From contig CAVRCF010000001.1 of assembly GCA_963719505.1 (NCBI GenBank), forward strand, positions 864,001-928,000: a stretch of DNA of 64,000 bases, written 5' to 3'. The notes under the pieces are model-generated. The model had not been told where the DNA came from and searched no databases. It worked only from the letters and a program-made list of their open reading frames with translations. A program made the translations under genes and the position numbers. Position 1 is the first letter of the stretch. Every line of letters begins with the position of its first letter. This stretch comes from Halobacteriovoraceae bacterium. GTDB taxonomy: Bacteria; Bdellovibrionota; Bacteriovoracia; Bacteriovoracales; Bacteriovoracaceae. Of this stretch, positions 9,841-19,491 are shown piece after piece.

Positions 9841-9897
9841 AAATAAATCCCATTTTCGGTTATCCTATGGAAGTAATTTTTTATCAGGAGGACCACA

Positions 9898-11631
9898 GTG
9901 GCCGCTTACAAAACAGACCAAAGAGATATTTTATTTAACCTTTTAGATGTTCTAAAAGTAACGGATCATAAAAAATACGGTTTTGATGAAGCCAGCGTTA
10001 AAGAGATCCTTAAAGAGTTTGATAAGTTCGTTGAAAACGTTATTTATCCAACGAGACAACCTTCTGATGAAGAAGGCGTGAAACTCACGGATAAAGGTGT
10101 CGTTGTTCCAGAATGTCTTCACTCAGTAACAAAACAATTTTATGAAATGGGATGGTTCGCACTCGGGCAACCGGAAGATATTGGTGGATCACCAGTTCCT
10201 GAAGCACTAAGCACGGCATGTCTTTCACTTTCTGCGGGAGCAAATTGTGGATGGTCAATGTACCCTGGTTTAACTAAAGGCGCGCTCAACGTTTTAAGAC
10301 TCGTGGGTGATGATTATGTAAAGAACACCTTTATCGCTCCAATCATGGCAGGGACTTGGGGAGGCACGATGTGTCTTACTGAAGCCGGAGCCGGAAGTGA
10401 TGTTGGGAGTCTTAACACAACAGCGAAACCAATCGATGGTAAAGAGGGTTGGTATAAATTAAAAGGAACAAAGATCTTTATCTCCAGTGGAGAGAGTGAT
10501 CTTTATGAAAATAATATCCATATGGTTCTTGCAAGAACACCGGAAGGTAAACCAGGACCAAAAGGAATTTCACTTTTTGTTGTGCCAAGACATAAAGTAA
10601 ATGACGACGGAAGCCTTGGAGACTCTAATGATGTTAGGTGTTCAGGGATTGAGCATAAAATGGGAATCCATGCTAGTGCGACTTGTGTAATGAACTTTGG
10701 TGATAATGATAACTGTGAAGGTTACCTCATTGGAGAAGAGTTCCAAGGGATGGCCAATATGTTTATCATGATGAATGAGGCGAGACTTGATGTTGGTGTT
10801 CAAGGGGAGTCTCAAGCTAACTTAGTTTATGAACTAACAAAGCAATACGTCAGTGAAAGAACTCAATTTGGAACTGAAATTATTAATCTTCCAGATGTTA
10901 AAAGAATGATCTTAAAAATGAGGGCCATGAGTAGAGGACTGAGGTCATTAACTCTTTATACCTCTAATCTTTTTGATCTCGCTCACGACGATGAGAAGTA
11001 TCATAGCATCATTGGTCTTCTTGTCCCCATTTGTAAATCATTTGGATCTGACGAAGGATTCAAAGTAACTGTTGATGCCATTCAATGTCATGGTGGTTAT
11101 GGTTACTGTGCCGAATACGGGATTGAGCAGTTTGCTAGAGATACAAAGATCGCTTCACTCTATGAGGGAACGAATGGAATTCAAGCGATTGACTTTGTAA
11201 CAAGAAAAATCTTAAGAGACAAAGGACAAGCTTTAAGGGAACTTACAGATATTATCTTTAAGACATCTAATAATCTGTCTGATGATTTTGCCTTTGAAAG
11301 AGGAATTTTCTCTAAGGCGCTAGCCGCAGCTCAAGATGCGATGGGATTTATAGCCAAAAAAGCAAAAAATGATGAGATGAATATGGTTCTTCAAAACTGT
11401 ATGGACTTCTTAAACCTCTCTGCCCATATCGTCGTTGCATGGAGACTTATGGAGTCAGCATCAATTGCAGGTGAAAAAATGGAACAAGCTGAGTCTCAAG
11501 ATGAAAAAGACTTTTTAGAAAGTAAAATTGTCGACTTTAAAATTTATTGTTCACAGTACCTGGTTCAGTCGGTTTCTTTGGCCAAGGCCATTACATCTTT
11601 TGACGAAGATATGACTAAATTTAAAATATAA
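9898..11631 (+). CDS. Acyl-CoA dehydrogenase
   Basis: MCLTEAGAGSD, GTKIFIS, EHKMGIHAS, HGGYGY and YEGTNGIQ motifs; AGGAGG RBS. Confidence 0.95.
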   Translation: MAAYKTDQRDILFNLLDVLKVTDHKKYGFDEASVKEILKEFDKFVENVIYPTRQPSDEEGVKLTDKGVVVPECLHSVTKQFYEMGWFALGQPEDIGGSPVPEALSTACLSLSAGANCGWSMYPGLTKGALNVLRLVGDDYVKNTFIAPIMAGTWGGTMCLTEAGAGSDVGSLNTTAKPIDGKEGWYKLKGTKIFISSGESDLYENNIHMVLARTPEGKPGPKGISLFVVPRHKVNDDGSLGDSNDVRCSGIEHKMGIHASATCVMNFGDNDNCEGYLIGEEFQGMANMFIMMNEARLDVGVQGESQANLVYELTKQYVSERTQFGTEIINLPDVKRMILKMRAMSRGLRSLTLYTSNLFDLAHDDEKYHSIIGLLVPICKSFGSDEGFKVTVDAIQCHGGYGYCAEYGIEQFARDTKIASLYEGTNGIQAIDFVTRKILRDKGQALRELTDIIFKTSNNLSDDFAFERGIFSKALAAAQDAMGFIAKKAKNDEMNMVLQNCMDFLNLSAHIVVAWRLMESASIAGEKMEQAESQDEKDFLESKIVDFKIYCSQYLVQSVSLAKAITSFDEDMTKFKI

Positions 11632-11644
11632 AACAAGCTCAATG

Positions 11645-11672
11645 CCCTCCCTATTCTTTAGGGAGGGTTCTT
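11645..11672 (+). terminator. Hairpin terminator
   Basis: CCCTCCCTA-TTCTT-TAGGGAGGG. Confidence 0.65.
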
Positions 11673-11773
11673 GATCGGATTCATCGGTCTCTTTTTCAAA
11701 CATCCTTCTTAAAATAAAATTAAAATAATGGTAAGCTAAAGAGTATTTAATTTAAAACTATACTGAGGCATTT

Positions 11774-12622
11774 TTGAAAAATTTTATTAACGAAGCGGCG
11801 AATAAATTTTCGTCTGAAAGTCATGGAAGTTCTGACTTTTGGAAGGATGAAATTTATGTTCGAGGCGAAAGCGATGAGGTCTTTATTCCTCTAAGCGCTT
11901 TATCAAAACAAAACGAAAAGATTAAAACGGTAGAAAATCTTCAAGCTGAAGGCTACGTCTACAGCTCTCTCGATTTTCTTAACTTAAAAGAATTTGATCA
12001 ATGGTATGAGAAATGTTTCAACAAAAAGATTGATAGCAAAATTCATAAGTCCATTGGTATTGTGCACCTTCCGGACACAGAGGATATCTTTAAAGCTGTT
12101 GAAATCGTCAACCAAGTCTACCAGATCATGAAAGACCATAAGGTTCTAGTTAATGGCAAGAATCTTCCTATTCAATTAGGAGAGTGGTACGCCAAAACAA
12201 TTTTAGGTCTTCGCCAAATTAAATCAAGTTCTCAAAGAGGTTTTGATTTTTATTCTAATGAAGGTAAAAAAGTTGAAGTCAAAATTCATTGGCAAAATAC
12301 GACAAGTCCCAAAGGTGTAAAACTCAAAAAATCTCTAGTGGATATGAGTGACTATACAATTATTATGTATGTGGCCAAAAACTTTATGGTCAGAGAGATT
12401 CTTCTTCTCGATTCAGATTTTGTTATCCGAAAATTTGGTGGCAAAGGTCATACCATTTTTCTTAAAGATTCTGATGTAGGTGGGTATTTCTTTAGTCGAT
12501 CAGACAAGCATTACGAAAAGATTGCAAATAAGAAAGCTCTTATGCAGTTTTCAAGCCCAAAGCTTGCGATGAAAATAGATGAAAAAATCGCTAAGCGTGA
12601 AGCGGAAGACAAAAAGTCTTAA
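11774..12622 (+). CDS. Hypothetical protein with PD-(D/E)xK nuclease-like motif
   Basis: TTG start with GAGG RBS; LGEWYA...GFDF...VEVK arrangement. Confidence 0.6.
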   Translation: MKNFINEAANKFSSESHGSSDFWKDEIYVRGESDEVFIPLSALSKQNEKIKTVENLQAEGYVYSSLDFLNLKEFDQWYEKCFNKKIDSKIHKSIGIVHLPDTEDIFKAVEIVNQVYQIMKDHKVLVNGKNLPIQLGEWYAKTILGLRQIKSSSQRGFDFYSNEGKKVEVKIHWQNTTSPKGVKLKKSLVDMSDYTIIMYVAKNFMVREILLLDSDFVIRKFGGKGHTIFLKDSDVGGYFFSRSDKHYEKIANKKALMQFSSPKLAMKIDEKIAKREAEDKKS

Positions 12623-13872
12623 TACAATAAGTATTCGGCTAATCTAGACTCGATATTTCCATTAAAAAGAATTTCTTTCTTAGAAGTTCTAAGAGAGATT
12701 TTCTTTAAAAGTGGAAGGTTACCTGTAAGAATATAGGCTTTGTAGTCCTTAAAATTATTTTTTAAATTTTCTCCAACTTCGTGGTAAAGCTCACCCAGCT
12801 CTTCTTCTTCACCAAGTCTTTCTCCGTAAGGAGGATTGGCCACAAAAATACCACCGTCTTCATTTGGCTTTGAAATTTTTGCAGCATCCGCACACTCAAG
12901 TGTAATGGCTTCGAGTATATTCGCGACTTTCAAATTGTAAGTTGCAATATCGAGTGCACTGTCATCGATATCAAAACCATAAAGACCCTCAGGCTTGATG
13001 GTTAAAAGCTTTTCTTCAATATCTTTTTGAGTTTCAGCAATAAGCTTTTCAGTGTTTTCTTTTAAGTACTTATCTTTCGTATAATAATTGTGATCTAAAA
13101 ATGCCCAAGGGAGTTCATCATCAAACTCTTTATGATTTTGCAGATGAATAAAACATGGTGGAAGTTTGTATTTAATCATCGCCGCTTCAGCTAAAAATGT
13201 TCCAGAACCACACATTCCATCAACGAGAGTCTGTGATCCATCGTAGCCTGCGAGTTTTAAAATACCATGAGCTAAATTCTCACGAAGTGGTGCAGAGAAA
13301 GACTTTACTCTATAGCCACGATTACTAATCGCGTTTCCACACATATCAATTAAGATCGTTACGTTTTCTTTTTGAGAGTGCGGATTATCATTGGGCTCCA
13401 CTCTCATCAGAAAACTCATATCAGGGGAGACTTTATCAACATATGGTCTCTCTTTTGTGTCTTCCCTAAAACGGTCTGCAATAGCATCTTTTAGAAGCTG
13501 TCCAAGATACATACTGTTTTCAAACTTACTTCTCTTGGTGCCCTCTGGTGACTTACCTTGAATGGTGTTTATTCTGAAAGTTTGATCAAGATTGAAAATA
13601 CCTTTCCATTTTATCTCTTTTGCATTGTAGTAAATGTCTTTTTCGACCTTGATCTCAAAGCCATAAATCTTTTTATAAACTCTACTGGCAACACCGCTGA
13701 ACATAATCACTTTGATAGCAATTTCTGGGAATGATTCAAAATGGGCACCACCTTTGGTTAATATTACTTCTTTGGCCCCTAAGTCTTTAATTTCTTGAAC
13801 GAGGATGGACTCAAGTCCTGTTGGACAAGATGCAAAAAAAGCGTTTTTAAATTTTTCAGTGGTACTTCTCAT
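12619..13872 (-). CDS. rlmL: THUMP-domain rRNA guanine methyltransferase (RlmL-like)
   Basis: RGYR...APLRENLA, DGMCGSGT and NPPYGER motifs. Confidence 0.85.
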   Translation of the reverse strand: MRSTTEKFKNAFFASCPTGLESILVQEIKDLGAKEVILTKGGAHFESFPEIAIKVIMFSGVASRVYKKIYGFEIKVEKDIYYNAKEIKWKGIFNLDQTFRINTIQGKSPEGTKRSKFENSMYLGQLLKDAIADRFREDTKERPYVDKVSPDMSFLMRVEPNDNPHSQKENVTILIDMCGNAISNRGYRVKSFSAPLRENLAHGILKLAGYDGSQTLVDGMCGSGTFLAEAAMIKYKLPPCFIHLQNHKEFDDELPWAFLDHNYYTKDKYLKENTEKLIAETQKDIEEKLLTIKPEGLYGFDIDDSALDIATYNLKVANILEAITLECADAAKISKPNEDGGIFVANPPYGERLGEEEELGELYHEVGENLKNNFKDYKAYILTGNLPLLKKISLRTSKKEILFNGNIESRLAEYLLY

Positions 13873-14030
13873 AAATGATTCCTTTAGATGTGGTGGGTTT
13901 TAACTTTTTGCAGAGCATTTGTCTCTAAATTTATACTTTTTACATCTTTTTAAGCGTTTACGATCACGGGGAGAATAGGTAGAGTGTTTACGATAAATAC
14001 ATTAATCATTCGACAAAGTGAGGAACAATC

Positions 14031-15329
14031 ATGTCTACAAACTACAAAGTAAAAGATATCGCCCTAGCAGATTGGGGAAGAAAAGAGATCAGATTGGCGG
14101 AAGCTGAGATGCCTGGACTTATGGCCATTCGTGAAGAATTTGGAGCGAGCAAGCCACTTAAAGGTGCAAATATCGCTGGTTGTCTTCATATGACTATTCA
14201 GACGGCTGTTCTTATCGAAACTCTTGTTGAGCTTGGTGCTGATGTTACTTGGTCAAGCTGTAATATCTTTTCAACTCAAGATCACGCTGCTGCTGCTATT
14301 GCTGCTGCTGGTGTTCCAGTATTTGCTTGGAAGGGAATGAATGAGCAAGAATTTGACTGGTGTATTGAGCAGACAATTAATAACTTTAAAGATGGTAAGC
14401 CCCTTAACCTCATCCTTGATGACGGTGGAGACCTTACTAATATGGTACTAGATAGATTTCCTCAATATGTTGATGCTATCAAAGGTCTTTCTGAGGAAAC
14501 GACTACAGGTGTTCATAGACTATATGAAAGAGTAAAGAAAGGTACTCTTCCAATGCCAGCAATCAATGTTAACGATTCAGTAACTAAATCAAAATTTGAT
14601 AATAAGTACGGATGTAAAGAATCATGTGTTGATGCAATCAGACGTGCAACAGATGTTATGATCGCAGGTAAATGTGCGGTTGTTTGTGGTTATGGAGATG
14701 TTGGTAAGGGATCAGCTGCTTCTTTAAGAGGAAGTGGAGCGAGAGTTATCGTGACAGAAATCGATCCAATTTGTGCTCTTCAAGCGGCAATGGATGGTTT
14801 TGAAGTTAAAAAACTTAATACAGTTATTGGTGAAGGGGATATCTTTGTAACAACAACTGGAAACAAAGACATCATCCGTGGTGAGCACTTTGAAAAGATG
14901 AAAGACAAGGCGATCGTTTGTAATATCGGTCACTTTGACAACGAGATTGACGTCGGTTGGCTAAATGCTAAGCACGGAGATTCTAAAGTTGAAATCAAGC
15001 CTCAGGTTGATCTTTATAACATCAATGGAAAAGATATTATTCTTTTAGCTGAAGGTCGATTAGTAAACCTTGGATGTGCAACAGGTCACCCATCATTTGT
15101 TATGAGTAACTCATTTTGTAACCAAGTTCTTGCTCAACTTGAGCTTTGGAATAATGTTGATAAATATGAGAACCAAGTTTATATGCTTCCAAAACACTTA
15201 GATGAAAAAGTTGCAAGACTTCACCTTGAAAAGATTGGTGTTGAACTTGAAACTCTCTCTGACGATCAAGCATCTTATATTGATGTAAAAGTTGAAGGAC
15301 CATACAAACCTGAGCATTACAGATACTAA
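14031..15329 (+). CDS. ahcY: Adenosylhomocysteinase
   Basis: [32 protein letters not shown] and GHPSFVMS motifs. Confidence 0.98.
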   Translation: MSTNYKVKDIALADWGRKEIRLAEAEMPGLMAIREEFGASKPLKGANIAGCLHMTIQTAVLIETLVELGADVTWSSCNIFSTQDHAAAAIAAAGVPVFAWKGMNEQEFDWCIEQTINNFKDGKPLNLILDDGGDLTNMVLDRFPQYVDAIKGLSEETTTGVHRLYERVKKGTLPMPAINVNDSVTKSKFDNKYGCKESCVDAIRRATDVMIAGKCAVVCGYGDVGKGSAASLRGSGARVIVTEIDPICALQAAMDGFEVKKLNTVIGEGDIFVTTTGNKDIIRGEHFEKMKDKAIVCNIGHFDNEIDVGWLNAKHGDSKVEIKPQVDLYNINGKDIILLAEGRLVNLGCATGHPSFVMSNSFCNQVLAQLELWNNVDKYENQVYMLPKHLDEKVARLHLEKIGVELETLSDDQASYIDVKVEGPYKPEHYRY

Positions 15330-15355
15330 GATTTTAAAATTCTTCTATAAAATGG

Positions 15356-15378
15356 GCCCCTGATTCAGGGGCTTTTTT
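15356..15378 (+). terminator. Rho-independent terminator
   Basis: GCCCCTG-ATT-CAGGGGC + T6. Confidence 0.85.
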
Positions 15379-15419
15379 ATTTGAATATGTTATACTTTAC
15401 TTAATATTTGGAGATTATA

Positions 15420-15848
15420 ATGGAAAAACTTTTTATCGCCTGCGATCATGCAGCCTTTGAAGAAAAAGAGAAGCTTAAAGTTATTCTCAAAGAGCAGTTT
15501 GAGGTTATCGACCTAGGAACTAATTCCGCTGAAAGCGTAAATTACTCTGACTTTGGACTGCATCTGGCCCAAGAGGTTTTAAAAAACAATGCTATAGGTG
15601 TTGCTCTTTGTGGTTCAGGGATTGGAATCTCAATGGCCGTGAACCGGGTTAAAGGTATCAGGGGAGCTCTTTGCAGGGATGTTGAAGATGCAAAAATGGC
15701 AAAGCTTCACAACAACGCCAATATCATCTGTTTTGGAGCGAGAAGAAATAGTTTCCAAGAAATTGAACAAATGACAAAGACTTGGCTTTCGACGCAGTTC
15801 GAAGGTGGAAGACACCAAAAGAGAATAGATATTTTAGATAGAGCTTAA
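15420..15848 (+). CDS. rpiB: Ribose-5-phosphate isomerase B
   Basis: IACDHAA, CGSGIG, HNNANI and FEGGRH motifs. Confidence 0.95.
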   Translation: MEKLFIACDHAAFEEKEKLKVILKEQFEVIDLGTNSAESVNYSDFGLHLAQEVLKNNAIGVALCGSGIGISMAVNRVKGIRGALCRDVEDAKMAKLHNNANIICFGARRNSFQEIEQMTKTWLSTQFEGGRHQKRIDILDRA

Positions 15849-15857
15849 AGAAGGGTA

Positions 15858-17093
15858 ATGATGGCAAAACTTGGATTTGGAACATATAGATGCAGCATAA
15901 AGTCTGAGACTCACTATGAAGCACTTAAACATGCCTTGGAGCTAGGCTGTGATGTTATCGATACGTCGAGAAACTACACTGGGGGAGACTCGGAGCTTCT
16001 GATAGGTAAAGTTCTCGCTGAGACTAAAAAACGGCCATTACTTATTTCAAAAGCTGGGTATATTCAAGGTGATGCTATTGATGAACTTTCTGAAAAGTAC
16101 TCAGAAGAACTGGTTGTTATCAATGAGGGATTAATGCATTCTATTCATCCTGATTTTTTAGAGAACCAACTCTCAAAGTCTTTAAAAAGTCTTGGCGTTG
16201 ATTGTATTGATGTTTATCTTCTCCATAACCCTGAATACTATTTAAAAACAGAAGGTTCTTCTAAGAAAGAATACTACCTAAGAATAAAGAAAGCTTTTGA
16301 GTTTTTAGAAGAAAAAGTTCAAGAGGGAAAGATAAAGTCTTATGGAATCAGTTCCAATACTTTTGTTGACCCCAAAGCTGATCATGAATCGACTGACATT
16401 GATAAAGTGATGTCCCAGCTCAAAGATAGAAATCATCATTTTAAGTATATACAGTTTCCTCTTAACCTCATTGAAATGGGCTCACTTGAAAGACAGTTCG
16501 ATGGAGATCATCTTTTTGAGAGGGCGAATCACTATGGTCTCAAGACGATTGTAAACAGACCTCTCAATGCCTTTTTGGATAATGGACTTCTTCGTCTTGC
16601 TAATTATGAAACGCGTGATGAGTTGACTGAGGCTTTCGCTGAAGAGACTTTTATTGAAAAGACTCAATCCATTCACAAGCTTTGGGAAAAAGAAAAAGAA
16701 CAAGGCGATGAGACGATTTATGAGATTCCACTCTTTAAACAAATAAGTACACTTTGGTACAAACAAAATTCAAAAGATGCTGTTGATCAAATTTTCTTTT
16801 CTCATTTCTTCCCTTTTGTCGCCTCTATTTGGGGAAAAGATCTCACTCAAGAAGAGAGCCAGCCTTTTTATGAACTGTATGAATTGGCAAAAGAATACGC
16901 TGAAAAAAATATGGATAAAAGAGCAGAGAGCTTTAAGCAAACAGCTATCAATCAGGGGCTACTTTTTGAAAGTGATAAGAATCTCTCCCTGATGGCCATT
17001 GAAAAGTATTTCACATTTGGTGCCGATATCGTTCTTCTTGGTATGCGTAAAAAAGAATATGTGGATAATGTAAAAAAATATTTTACTCTTTAA
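15858..17093 (+). CDS. Aldo/keto reductase
   Basis: LGFGTY, IDTSRNY, IDVYLLHNP and GKIKSYGISSN motifs. Confidence 0.88.
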   Translation: MMAKLGFGTYRCSIKSETHYEALKHALELGCDVIDTSRNYTGGDSELLIGKVLAETKKRPLLISKAGYIQGDAIDELSEKYSEELVVINEGLMHSIHPDFLENQLSKSLKSLGVDCIDVYLLHNPEYYLKTEGSSKKEYYLRIKKAFEFLEEKVQEGKIKSYGISSNTFVDPKADHESTDIDKVMSQLKDRNHHFKYIQFPLNLIEMGSLERQFDGDHLFERANHYGLKTIVNRPLNAFLDNGLLRLANYETRDELTEAFAEETFIEKTQSIHKLWEKEKEQGDETIYEIPLFKQISTLWYKQNSKDAVDQIFFSHFFPFVASIWGKDLTQEESQPFYELYELAKEYAEKNMDKRAESFKQTAINQGLLFESDKNLSLMAIEKYFTFGADIVLLGMRKKEYVDNVKKYFTL

Positions 17094-18783
17094 CCTCTTT
17101 CATCTCTTTTTGAATTTGTTCTCTAAATTCACGCCAAGCACTGGTTTTGTAGCGATAGGTAATAATATCAAAAATGGGTTTTGATTTATCTGTCGTGATC
17201 GCTCGCTCCATTGCTCTTTTCTGTGCCTGAGAAGCAAAGTCTTGAATCTCAATAGCTTTTGCACCACCGCCGCCACGAGATCTTCTCGACCTGCTTCGAG
17301 ATGATCTTCTTTTTGATGATCCGTTGACGTCACCACCTCTTTTGAATCTTGGGGTATCCGAAGAGACATTTGATGATGGCTTACTTTTCGAATATGAACG
17401 GCTTGGAGTATAGCCTCTGCTAAAGCTTGACGGTAGAGGGTTTGAGCCTTTGGCTACCGCCAAATTTGCGGCACCAAACTTCGGGAGTCCCGCACCAATT
17501 AATTTTTTCGTTAAATCTTTTTGTTTATCATCAGTAAAGTTCACTTTTGTTGTCGGGATTTTAGCAATTCCTTTTTTAGCGAATGCTAGATTTTTTTGTG
17601 CCGATCCATCAAAGTCAGAACCTAGAAACCCAGATCCAAAAGGTTTAATCGCCTGAAACTGACCGCTCATCGTTGTTGGTGTTAATCCAATCTGTGCACC
17701 GATCGATGCTATTCTAGCTTGGACACAGGTTCCTTTTGCTTTACAAGAACAAGCAGGGTCGGGCTTAAAGTCTTGTGTGACGCAACTGACGGCATTTGGT
17801 GCAGCAGAATGTAAGTCTTTTGGAACACAGAAACGTTGGTAATTAGTTGGGTCTGAAGCCTGTGATGTTTTTTCCATACAAAAACAAGTTGTACGCGTAT
17901 AGGGGTTACACTGGCCAGCTTTTGGGAAGCCCTCGGCGAGCTTTTCATAAGCTTTCTTTCTTTCATTATGGGCCATGGCTTTCTTTAAATAGTAGGTTCC
18001 AAGAAGTGTGGCTGCACTGGCTTTAACAATGGGATTCGCTTTTGGAGCCATCGTGCCTGTGAGCATTAGAGTCGTATAGCAGGCGGCTGTTGATCCCCAT
18101 CCAATCGCTTGCATTTGAGATGATTGGCGCAAATTTTTCTGCACATCTGCCATGGCGTAGAAGGCATCAGCTTGGGCTGCTGTTGAGCCCGTTTGAGCTT
18201 GAGCATTGGCTTCAATTTGTTGGTTGTTTGATTGTGCCGAGAAAGTTGCAGCCGTCTCTGTCACCATGGGAATATAGCCACAAAAATCCGTTCCTTCTTT
18301 TGTATCTCTTTTAGCGTCTTCTGGTTTCCCTCCGCCATCAATAGCTGTCTCTTGCGAAATTTTACCTTCTGAAACCTTATAGTACTTTCCATCTTTTTCG
18401 GCATACGCTTTGTCACCCTCTCCTTTGTAAAGAGTGTGTCCGTCTTGTTTTTTACTGTAGGGGACCTTGTTCATTCCGGGGATGAGAGCAAACATTGAAT
18501 AGGCCTGAGATACCATTGGCATCCAGTCTTCTAAGCCGGCCATAAATTTATCGCTCTCTTCAAAGGCTTTGTTGGATTCCATACACTTTTGATCGATTGC
18601 GACTCCATCTTCGCCAACACATTTTTTCATATATTCTTTTTCCGCAAGACCTCCGTGAACATAGTGCTCAGAGTTTGCCTCGTCAGCTTCACTCAAGTCG
18701 TTGGTTTCATCATAAATTGATGTTTGCCCAAGCAATGTCCCCGAGAAGGTAAGAATTAAAATGAAAATAAGTGAACGCTTCAT
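17083..18783 (-). CDS. Large secreted Cys-rich hypothetical protein
   Basis: Signal peptide; hydrophobic Gly/Ala helices; Cys cluster; Ser/Arg-rich linker before a short C-terminal module. Confidence 0.75.
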   Translation of the reverse strand: MKRSLIFILILTFSGTLLGQTSIYDETNDLSEADEANSEHYVHGGLAEKEYMKKCVGEDGVAIDQKCMESNKAFEESDKFMAGLEDWMPMVSQAYSMFALIPGMNKVPYSKKQDGHTLYKGEGDKAYAEKDGKYYKVSEGKISQETAIDGGGKPEDAKRDTKEGTDFCGYIPMVTETAATFSAQSNNQQIEANAQAQTGSTAAQADAFYAMADVQKNLRQSSQMQAIGWGSTAACYTTLMLTGTMAPKANPIVKASAATLLGTYYLKKAMAHNERKKAYEKLAEGFPKAGQCNPYTRTTCFCMEKTSQASDPTNYQRFCVPKDLHSAAPNAVSCVTQDFKPDPACSCKAKGTCVQARIASIGAQIGLTPTTMSGQFQAIKPFGSGFLGSDFDGSAQKNLAFAKKGIAKIPTTKVNFTDDKQKDLTKKLIGAGLPKFGAANLAVAKGSNPLPSSFSRGYTPSRSYSKSKPSSNVSSDTPRFKRGGDVNGSSKRRSSRSRSRRSRGGGGAKAIEIQDFASQAQKRAMERAITTDKSKPIFDIITYRYKTSAWREFREQIQKEMKEVKE

Positions 18784-18978
18784 ATTTTTGCCTTTTCTAG
18801 CTGGTTTTACCTATTTTACCACGGGGAAGAAGAGATTCTAGGAGGTTAAATTGTCACCAAGACCTAATTTTAAGTAAAAACGGTAACTTATACGTACCGG
18901 AGCGATCAGCGTATGTGGAGTTAAGTGCAAACAATATTTATCAATTGATAGATTATTTAAAAGTCGATACTCTTAGCC

Positions 18979-19491
18979 ATGGAAAAAAAGAGCAGTATTC
19001 AACACACTTCAGATAGTGATCTCACTCACTCGATGGCCCATTATCTTCTGACAATTCATAAGTTGAAAGAGAGCAAGGGTTATGCGCGAGTGACAGATAT
19101 CGCCAAGGATATGGGATTAACAAAAGGTAGTGTTTCAACGGCCTTAAATAATCTTAGAAAAAAAGATCTTGTTGTCGAAGATGATAGCAAGTTCCTCTCT
19201 CTTTCAGAGCGTGGACATGAGGAAGTGCATTCCATCTTATCCTCGAGAACTCTACTTTATTATTTCTTTAAAGATGTTCTCGGAGTAGAGGATTCAATAG
19301 CTCATAATGATTCTTGTTTGATGGAACACTTATTAAGCAATGAGACTCGTGAAAAGTTTTTTCAGTTTATGAAAGTCGCAACAGAGAATCCCAAAAAATT
19401 AAAAATATCTACAGATCTTCCTCTTGATGAGTTCAAAACACACGAAGACTTCACAGAAGCACAAACTGGTGACAAGTATCTTGAGTCATGA
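18979..19491 (+). CDS. DtxR/MntR-family metal-dependent transcriptional regulator
   Basis: YLLTIHKL...ARVTDIAKDMG..KGSVS wHTH; CLMEHLLS metal/dimerisation motif. Confidence 0.88.
   Translation: MEKKSSIQHTSDSDLTHSMAHYLLTIHKLKESKGYARVTDIAKDMGLTKGSVSTALNNLRKKDLVVEDDSKFLSLSERGHEEVHSILSSRTLLYYFFKDVLGVEDSIAHNDSCLMEHLLSNETREKFFQFMKVATENPKKLKISTDLPLDEFKTHEDFTEAQTGDKYLES

Noticed and set aside
11774..13872. Restriction-modification pair (nuclease + NPPY methyltransferase)
   Set aside because: The methyltransferase has THUMP/RlmL rRNA-type motifs and is convergently transcribed
13956..13994. Direct repeat GTTTACGAT twice, 30 bp apart
   Set aside because: Only 9 bp in AT-rich DNA with no third copy; could be chance
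13873..14030. SAH riboswitch upstream of ahcY
   Set aside because: Region is AT-rich and lacks the GAGGAGCG/CAGGCTC core; a plain TTTACG-N17-TAGAGT promoter explains it
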